Part shown: one piece after another, positions 58,066 to 64,000 of the stretch
Layout of the letters: the number at the start of each line of letters is the position of its first letter
Position numbering within the stretch: position 1 is the first letter of the stretch
Source: Myxococcota bacterium
GTDB lineage: Bacteria > Myxococcota_A > UBA796 > UBA2385
Assembly: GCA_044344255.1 (NCBI GenBank)
Contig: JBIJDH010000002.1
Coordinates: 416,001 to 480,000 of the forward strand
Direction of reading: 5' to 3'
DNA length: 64,000 nt
The notes under the pieces: model-generated
Databases searched by the model: none
What the model saw: only the letters and a program-made list of their open reading frames with translations
What the model was told of the DNA's origin: nothing
Translations under genes and position numbers: made by a program

Positions 58066-59541
58066 ATGTCGAACGTACCGACCCCGAACCAGCCGGCGGG
58101 AGGCGAGCCCGCCGGGGAAGCCCCCCGGAGCGGCCTCTGGCGCTACGCCGCCCTGGTGTCGATCGCGGCCTTCGCCACCACCTTCTCTCAGCAGAAGTCG
58201 CCGATGGTGGGCGGGCTGCCGACCACCTTCTTGCTCAAAGACCACTACGGCATGAAGAAGGAGGACGTCGCCTTCTTCTTCTTCTGGGCCGCCTTCGCCT
58301 GGTCGCTCAAGCCGGTGGCAGGGATCCTCACCGACGCCTTCCCGCTCTTCGGGACGCGGCGCCGCCACTACATGATGATCGGCGCCACGATGGCGGGTGT
58401 CTGCTGGGGCCTGATGGGGGCCTTCTCGTCCAACTACGCCGTGCTGCTCGCGCTCTCTATCGGCATGAACGTGTCGCTCGTCTTCTCGAGCACCGTGATG
58501 GGCGGGATGATGGTGGAGGCGGGCCAGGCCTTCGGGGCCCCCGGCCGGATGGCCTCACTCCGCCAGATCGTGCAGAGCATCGCCCAGATCGGCGCGCCCT
58601 TGCTGGGCGGCTACCTCGCCGGCAAGGCCTATGGGCTCACCGCCGGCCTCGCCGCCACCCCGCTGATCGCCCTCGCGGTGGTCACCTTCTTCGTGCAGAA
58701 GGAGGCGCCGCTCGTCGCGGTCGACCTGAAGGATGACGCTTACGTCAACCGGCCCCGCTACAAGCCGCCCCTCGCCGTCGTCGGCGGGCTGGTGGCCCTC
58801 GCCGCCATCGCCGCCGGTGTGGCCAGCGACGAGCACATGCGCAACGTGGGCATCTCGCTGCTCGCCCTCGAGGGGGTGCTGGTGCTGGTGCTGATCCTCG
58901 CGATCAGCCCCATCCAGAACCTCGTGATCCGGCGCGCGCAGGGCCAGCTCTCCCAGATCTTCGCCTCGAAGACCCTCTGGCTCGCCGTTCTGATGCTCTT
59001 CCTCGTGCACACGGTGCCGGGCCTGTACACCTCGCTCACCTACCAGCAGAGCGACGTGCTCAAGTTCGACAGCGAGTACATCGGCCTTCTCACCTCGATC
59101 GAGGGGGGCGTCGGGATCCCCGCTGCGGTCGCCTACGGCCTCGTCTGTCGGCGCTTCAGCCTCCGCGTGCTGCTCTTCGGCGGCGTGGGGCTCGCCGGCC
59201 TCACCACCTTCGCCTACCTCCACTACACGCACGACTCGGCGCCGCTGGTCCATGGCTCGACCGCCTTCTTCGCCGTCCTGGCCGAGCTCGCCCTGATGGA
59301 CCTCGCCGTGCGCTCCACCCCGCGGGGCTGCGAGGCGCTGGGCTTCTCCTTGATGATGAGCTTCCGCAATTTCGGCATCGCGATGAGCGACGTGCTCGGC
59401 ACGCAGATCATGGACCAGTACGGCGTGAGCTTCGACACCATGGTGGTGGTCAACGCCGCCACGACCTTGCTCGTGCTCGCGTTCGCGCTCCTCCTGCCGC
59501 GCGAGGTGATGAACCGCAAGGAGGGTGAAGCCGCGGCTTGA
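58066..59541 (+). CDS. MFS transporter, BT1/FBT (folate-biopterin) family-like
   Basis: WSLKPVAGILTDAFPLFGTRRRHY, LAVRSTPRGCEALGFSLMMS; at least 12 TM segments. Confidence 0.82.
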   Translation: MSNVPTPNQPAGGEPAGEAPRSGLWRYAALVSIAAFATTFSQQKSPMVGGLPTTFLLKDHYGMKKEDVAFFFFWAAFAWSLKPVAGILTDAFPLFGTRRRHYMMIGATMAGVCWGLMGAFSSNYAVLLALSIGMNVSLVFSSTVMGGMMVEAGQAFGAPGRMASLRQIVQSIAQIGAPLLGGYLAGKAYGLTAGLAATPLIALAVVTFFVQKEAPLVAVDLKDDAYVNRPRYKPPLAVVGGLVALAAIAAGVASDEHMRNVGISLLALEGVLVLVLILAISPIQNLVIRRAQGQLSQIFASKTLWLAVLMLFLVHTVPGLYTSLTYQQSDVLKFDSEYIGLLTSIEGGVGIPAAVAYGLVCRRFSLRVLLFGGVGLAGLTTFAYLHYTHDSAPLVHGSTAFFAVLAELALMDLAVRSTPRGCEALGFSLMMSFRNFGIAMSDVLGTQIMDQYGVSFDTMVVVNAATTLLVLAFALLLPREVMNRKEGEAAA

Positions 59542-59664
59542 GCGGTCGACCGCCGGACGGACGTGGGGGGCCGTTCGGCCCTGGGCCCGCGGCTTCGGGG
59601 GACGGGGTCGCCTCGTCGGCCGGCCCGACCGCTGACACCTGCTGGGTCGCCTGCGGCGAAGAGC

Positions 59665-60687
59665 CTACTGGTCCGAGGCCCAGACGAGAGGGAGCAGGAG
59701 GTCGGGCCGGTCGGTCTGCGGGATCTGGACCCCGGCCGCGAGGGCCTCCTCGTAGCGGGTGGTGTCTCCCGTGATGCCGGCGGCGGTGTCCCCGAGGAAG
59801 ACGTCCATCAGGGGCCGGTGGCCGCGGCTCCGCACGTCGGCGGCGAGCGCGGGATCACCGTCGCCGATCTCGACGATGATCGGCGGGTGGCTCGCGAAGT
59901 GCTCGAGCTGGCTGTCGAGCTGCTCGAGGGTGTCCACGCGGATCATCGTGCGGAGCTCGGGCTCGATCTCCAGCGCGGCGTCGATCTTCTCGACGGAGGA
60001 GGTGTCAAAGAGGGCGTGCTCGACCATGTCGGTGCGCTGGATCGCCGCCACCAGGAGGTCGACCCGATCGGTCTTGTTAGCGTCCACGAGGACGTCGATT
60101 CGACCGTGCGCGGCCTCGAGGATCTCGTCGAGCGTGGGGATCCGGGCGCAGCTCCAGTCGCCTGGAAACTCCACGAGGTCGATCGGGAGGGCCTGGACCT
60201 CGGCGAGGGTCATCTCGGCGACGGCCCCGCTGCCGGTGGTGGTGCGGTCTACCGTGTCGTCGTGGAGGTTGACGAGGTGGTCGTCGGCGGTGGGCCGCGG
60301 GTCGGTCTCCACGAAGTCGAGCCCCCAGGCGACGGCGGCGTAGACCGCCTGGACGGTGTCCTCCGGTGCGATGACGCCGAGGGCCCCGCCGGCGCCGCGG
60401 TGGCCGCTCACCAGGGTGTCCGGGCAGGCGGGATCGGTGGCGCAGGAGGGGGCGCGGGTGAGCCAGCGCTCGGGGGGCGCGGCGGCGCTGCAGTCATAGG
60501 AGGAGGGGGCGGGCGGCCAGGTCGCGGCCCCGCTGTCTTCGCCGACCGCGCCGCTGTCGACGGGCCCTCCGCCCCCGGCGCCGTCGGTCGCCTTGCCCGC
60601 GCAGGCCGGGAGGAGGACGAGGTGGAGGAGGAGCGGGAGGAGCAGCGGCGTGATCCGAGCGACGGCCGCGGAGCGGTACTCACCCAT
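59665..60687 (-). CDS. Glycerophosphodiester phosphodiesterase family lipoprotein
   Basis: Lipobox LPAC; GHRG, PEDT, VETD, LHDDTVDRTT, IPTLDE, TDRP. Confidence 0.9.
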   Translation of the reverse strand: MGEYRSAAVARITPLLLPLLLHLVLLPACAGKATDGAGGGGPVDSGAVGEDSGAATWPPAPSSYDCSAAAPPERWLTRAPSCATDPACPDTLVSGHRGAGGALGVIAPEDTVQAVYAAVAWGLDFVETDPRPTADDHLVNLHDDTVDRTTTGSGAVAEMTLAEVQALPIDLVEFPGDWSCARIPTLDEILEAAHGRIDVLVDANKTDRVDLLVAAIQRTDMVEHALFDTSSVEKIDAALEIEPELRTMIRVDTLEQLDSQLEHFASHPPIIVEIGDGDPALAADVRSRGHRPLMDVFLGDTAAGITGDTTRYEEALAAGVQIPQTDRPDLLLPLVWASDQ

Positions 60688-61705
60688 CGAGGCCTCGGAT
60701 GGCGGCCATCACCGCCTCCTTCCGGGCGGCGAAGGCACGAGACTCGCCGGCCGCCTCGACGACGTACAAGCGCCGCCCCTCGACGAAGAGGGCGATGGTC
60801 CAGGCGAAGTCGCGGTCTCCGCTGGGGGCCCCGAGCTCGAGCAGGGCGCCCTTCATCCCCCCCGCTTCGAGGTCGGCTCGGCCGAGCACGAGGTATCCCG
60901 CGCCCTTGAGGTGGCTCTCGAGGGCCTCCTTCCAAAAGGCGAGGTCCGCCTCGGGCTTGTTCTTCTCGACCCGGAGCGCGTAGACCACGCCGTCGGGGCT
61001 GGTCGCCCGCACCGAGCGCCGCTCCCGATAAGGCGCGAAGCCCGTGGGGATCGGGCTCTTCGCGCCCCGCCGCCGTACGTCACCCCCGTCGTCGGTCTGG
61101 AAGGACTGGAGCAGGCGAGGCAGGCTCACCGTGTTGATCCAAGGGAAGGCCGAGCGCGAGGCGGGGGCCGGGGCCCGACGGTCTCGGAACTGGAAGGAGA
61201 CCGTGGTGGTGGCGAAGGCGGCCTCGTCCTCCAGGCGCCGGATCCGCCCCTTGGTGGCCTCGATCTCGGCCACGATCGCGGAGACCTGCGCGCCCACCAT
61301 CACCACAGAGTCCGCCTTTGCGGTGCCCAAGACCTCGAGGTACCGCTCGAGGATCTCCTCGTTCGCCTTGAGGTGGGCGCGGCTGTCGCGGAGCTGCGCC
61401 GACAGGTCTTGGGTGTTGAAGCTGCGGTCGACCGCCCGGCCGAGCCCGCGGGCCTCCTCGAGGAAGGGCTTGAGCCCCGCCGACGGCAGGCGAAAGGTGA
61501 CGGCTTCGGCCTCGAGCCGGCTGAACCAGCCCCCGCGGGCGCGGGCCCGCTCGATGAGGGCCGCGGCGGCGGCGTCGCGGTCATCGACTTGCAGGACGAG
61601 GGTAGCGTCGGTGTGCACCTCGTCGGCCCGCGCGCGGCCGCCGGTGAAGAGGGAGGCGGCGAGCAGGGCGGCAGCCAGCAGGGTGCTCAAGAGGGTGCGT
61701 CGCAT
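60680..61705 (-). CDS. DUF4349 domain protein, secreted
   Basis: Signal peptide (ARA); GGWFS, FRLP, QDLSAQLRDSRAHL, EIEATKGRIRRL; extra C-terminal domain with ADLAFWKEAL. Confidence 0.78.
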   Translation of the reverse strand: MRRTLLSTLLAAALLAASLFTGGRARADEVHTDATLVLQVDDRDAAAAALIERARARGGWFSRLEAEAVTFRLPSAGLKPFLEEARGLGRAVDRSFNTQDLSAQLRDSRAHLKANEEILERYLEVLGTAKADSVVMVGAQVSAIVAEIEATKGRIRRLEDEAAFATTTVSFQFRDRRAPAPASRSAFPWINTVSLPRLLQSFQTDDGGDVRRRGAKSPIPTGFAPYRERRSVRATSPDGVVYALRVEKNKPEADLAFWKEALESHLKGAGYLVLGRADLEAGGMKGALLELGAPSGDRDFAWTIALFVEGRRLYVVEAAGESRAFAARKEAVMAAIRGLDG

Positions 61706-62976
61706 CAGGAGGCGCTCCCGACGAGGGCGGCCTGAACGGCCGCGCCGTAGCGCTGCTCGTGGGCCTGGGTGGGGAAGTAGACCTCGACGAGGTCCAGGTG
61801 GCGGCCGAGGGCGCGCACGGCGATGAGGTAGACGTAGGGCTGATCGGAGCGGTCGACGAGCCGCAGGAGCTCGTAGCCGCCGGCCTTCGAGCGCTCCGCG
61901 GTGGCGAAGTCGGGGCCGAGGCGCCGGGCGACGGCCTCCATCCAGAAGGCGCTGTCTCCCTCGGGGTCGTTCTTCAGCCGCCCCGTCCAGACCCGCGCGC
62001 CGTCCGCGCTCTCGGCGATGAAGGGCCCGCGCGGGTGCAGCGAGACGAGGCCAGCGGGGACGTCGAGCTCGAGCCGCTTCCCTCCCTGACCGACCTCGCG
62101 GGAGAAGGGGCTCAAGCGGCTCAGCCAGCGCATCCCGGCCGCTTCGTCCGCGCCGCTGCGGGCCGAGAGGACCGGCCGCTGCACGAGCTCGATCGTGATG
62201 CGGGAGTAGGCGGCGAGGTCGCCGAGGGTGCGCAGGCTGGCCTCGAGGCGCTCGATCTCCTCGGAGACCCGCTGGATCTCCGCCACCAGCATCAGCTTCT
62301 CTTCGGACTCCGTGGCCTTGGCGAGCAGGGCGACGAGGCGGCTGCGGGTGGCCGTCGCGGTGCGGAGGCGGAGGTCGGTGGCGGTGAAGGCGTCGGTCAC
62401 GTCGTCGGCGGAGATCTGCTTGCCGGTGAGCTCCCCGAGCTTGGAGACCTCCTTCACGGCCTCCTCGAAGCGCGCCACCGGCACCCGGATGACCACCCGA
62501 GACAGGTTGGCCTGCTCGAGGTGGCCGCCCACGCTCGCGGCGTACGCGGTGAGCGCGTCGACGCTCTTGTCGGGCTGGATGACCCGCAGCCGCAGCCAGC
62601 CCTCGTAGTGGACCATGCGCTCAGCGGCGGGCTCGGCGGCCGCCTCCACCGCGGTCGGGCTGCTCGAGGGGCCGCCCGGGGGCGGGCCGGGCGGGGGCGG
62701 CGGCGCCGACGGCCGAGGCCCCGCGCGCTTCGCCGCGGGTGCCTTGGTGGCTCCCGCCGAGCGGCCGCGCTCCGCAGGCATGGAGGCCGCGGCGAGCTGC
62801 CGGTCCGACTCCTCGGCCATGCCCCTGGAGTCCGAGGCGGGCATGGCGTAGGCCATGTCCGCCTCGGCGTACATCACGGGGGCCTCGGAGCGCTTGGCGC
62901 AGGCCACCGTGAGCACCAGCCACGAGGAGGGCAGCACGAACCGCCAGGCGAGGCGGCGAGGGGAGGGCAGGGGCAT
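61705..62976 (-). CDS. DUF4349 domain lipoprotein
   Basis: Lipobox TVAC; GGHLE, IRVPVARF, ADDVTDAFTATDLRL, EIERLEASLRTL...YSRITIEL; extra C-terminal domain with GDSAFWMEAV. Confidence 0.82.
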   Translation of the reverse strand: MPLPSPRRLAWRFVLPSSWLVLTVACAKRSEAPVMYAEADMAYAMPASDSRGMAEESDRQLAAASMPAERGRSAGATKAPAAKRAGPRPSAPPPPPGPPPGGPSSSPTAVEAAAEPAAERMVHYEGWLRLRVIQPDKSVDALTAYAASVGGHLEQANLSRVVIRVPVARFEEAVKEVSKLGELTGKQISADDVTDAFTATDLRLRTATATRSRLVALLAKATESEEKLMLVAEIQRVSEEIERLEASLRTLGDLAAYSRITIELVQRPVLSARSGADEAAGMRWLSRLSPFSREVGQGGKRLELDVPAGLVSLHPRGPFIAESADGARVWTGRLKNDPEGDSAFWMEAVARRLGPDFATAERSKAGGYELLRLVDRSDQPYVYLIAVRALGRHLDLVEVYFPTQAHEQRYGAAVQAALVGSAS

Positions 62977-63020
62977 CGAGGGCTCCGCGGCAGAGAGGCC
63001 CTCCTAATCTCGTCCTCTCC

Positions 63021-64000
63021 TCAGGGGCGGCCGCTCCGCCTCCGGCTCCCCACCCGCAGGCCCAGCAAGCCCAGCCAGGCGGCGAGGGCCAGCCCGAGGC
63101 CCCGGCCCGGCGCCGTCGCACAGCCGCCCTTGCCGTCGGAGTCGCCGTCACCGATCACGCGGGGTCGGGGCTCGTCGAGTCGGATCTGGGGCTCGTCTTC
63201 CAGCTCGGAGCCGGTGTCGCCGGTCGTCGAGCCGCCGTCGTCACCGTCGCCAGACCCGCCCGTGTCGCCGTCGCCCTCGGGGGGCTCGCCGACGGTGCCG
63301 GTGAAGCTCACGGTGAGGGTGTACGGGCCCGGGAACTCGCGGCTGCCCACATAGCTGTCGAGGGAGAGCCAGACCTCGCCGGGGCCCACCTCGACGGTGA
63401 CCTCGGTGTCGTCGCGGCCGAGGCAGCTCTCCCCGTCGGGCGCGGAGAGGACGTGGACGTCGATGTCGACCTCGTCCATGTCGCTCACGACCGCGGTGAG
63501 CGTGCCCGCGGTGGCGGCGGTGAAGCGGTACAGGCGCTCGGGGCCGCTCTCGTCGGCGGTGGGCTTGCAGGCGTAGACGTCGATGAGGTCGGAGGCGGCG
63601 CCGGCCGTCCAGCGGTCGTCCTGGTAGGGGAAGGCGGTGATCTCGATGGGGTCAGCGAGGGTGCCCGTGGTGGTGCCCTCCTCGATGTCGTCGAAGCGGA
63701 TCGGCTGGTATCCATCGACGTAGGTCCAGCCGCCCGAGCTGTTCATCCGCACCTTCGAGGCCCCGCCGGCGGCCTCGTAGAAGACGGGCCAGCCGCCCTC
63801 CGAGAGGTGGGTGAAGAGCACGATGTGGCTGCCGGCGTCGTTGATGGCGTCGGCGGGCGCGAGGTCGGACCAGTCGATCTCGTGGGTGACGCTCGAGAAG
63901 GTCGAGGTGCCGTAGTGACCCGAACCCCAGACCTCGGAGATGTAGCCGGAGCAGTCGACGCCGGTGGTGCACCACAGCACGCCGTCCCAGGAGTGGCCTC
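63021..64000 (-). CDS. Surface protein with NlpC/P60-like domain, PPC-like domain and MYXO-CTERM-type tail (5' end outside window)
   Basis: GVDCSGYIS...SHIVLF (Cys/His dyad), GPERLY...DIDVHVL, D/G/T-rich linker, KGGCATAPG + hydrophobic stretch + RRR. Confidence 0.75.
   Translation of the reverse strand, partial: GHSWDGVLWCTTGVDCSGYISEVWGSGHYGTSTFSSVTHEIDWSDLAPADAINDAGSHIVLFTHLSEGGWPVFYEAAGGASKVRMNSSGGWTYVDGYQPIRFDDIEEGTTTGTLADPIEITAFPYQDDRWTAGAASDLIDVYACKPTADESGPERLYRFTAATAGTLTAVVSDMDEVDIDVHVLSAPDGESCLGRDDTEVTVEVGPGEVWLSLDSYVGSREFPGPYTLTVSFTGTVGEPPEGDGDTGGSGDGDDGGSTTGDTGSELEDEPQIRLDEPRPRVIGDGDSDGKGGCATAPGRGLGLALAAWLGLLGLRVGSRRRSGRP

Overview
Very GC-rich (roughly 70-75% by eye), densely coding bacterial chromosome segment, most likely Myxococcota-like. 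This rests on a MYXO-CTERM-type sorting tail, a DWG-type Hanks kinase, a Myxococcus-type LexA box upstream of recA and many lipoproteins. About 55 CDS, mostly core or envelope functions: 5' part of recA, mpl, two GT2s, a DUF2064 protein, a DsbD with two N-terminal redox domains, asnB, biotin carboxylase/BCCP/methylmalonyl-CoA mutase, tatBC, a B12 radical-SAM enzyme beside a THI5/NMT1-type ABC transporter, a LolA-like/FtsX ABC export operon, an M1 aminopeptidase, dnaE2, an aldehyde dehydrogenase, a crotonase, a Ser/Thr kinase, a GT-C protein, a BT1-type MFS, a GDPD, two DUF4349 proteins and a partial NlpC/P60-like surface protein. I saw no rRNA, tRNA, CRISPR array, integrase, transposase or reverse transcriptase, and no clearly new complete system. 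Best leads: (i) an orphan Rpn-like C-terminal module at 27.2-27.5 kb that keeps its own SD and TTG start (possible stand-alone RpnS-type antitoxin); (ii) a mosaic patch at about 36.4-40.7 kb with a low-GC TM2/P13-like gene, a decayed 3' copy of ddl and an MBL+HDOD pair; (iii) several uncharacterised paralogue-pair envelope operons. All product calls come from motif recognition by eye, not database searches.
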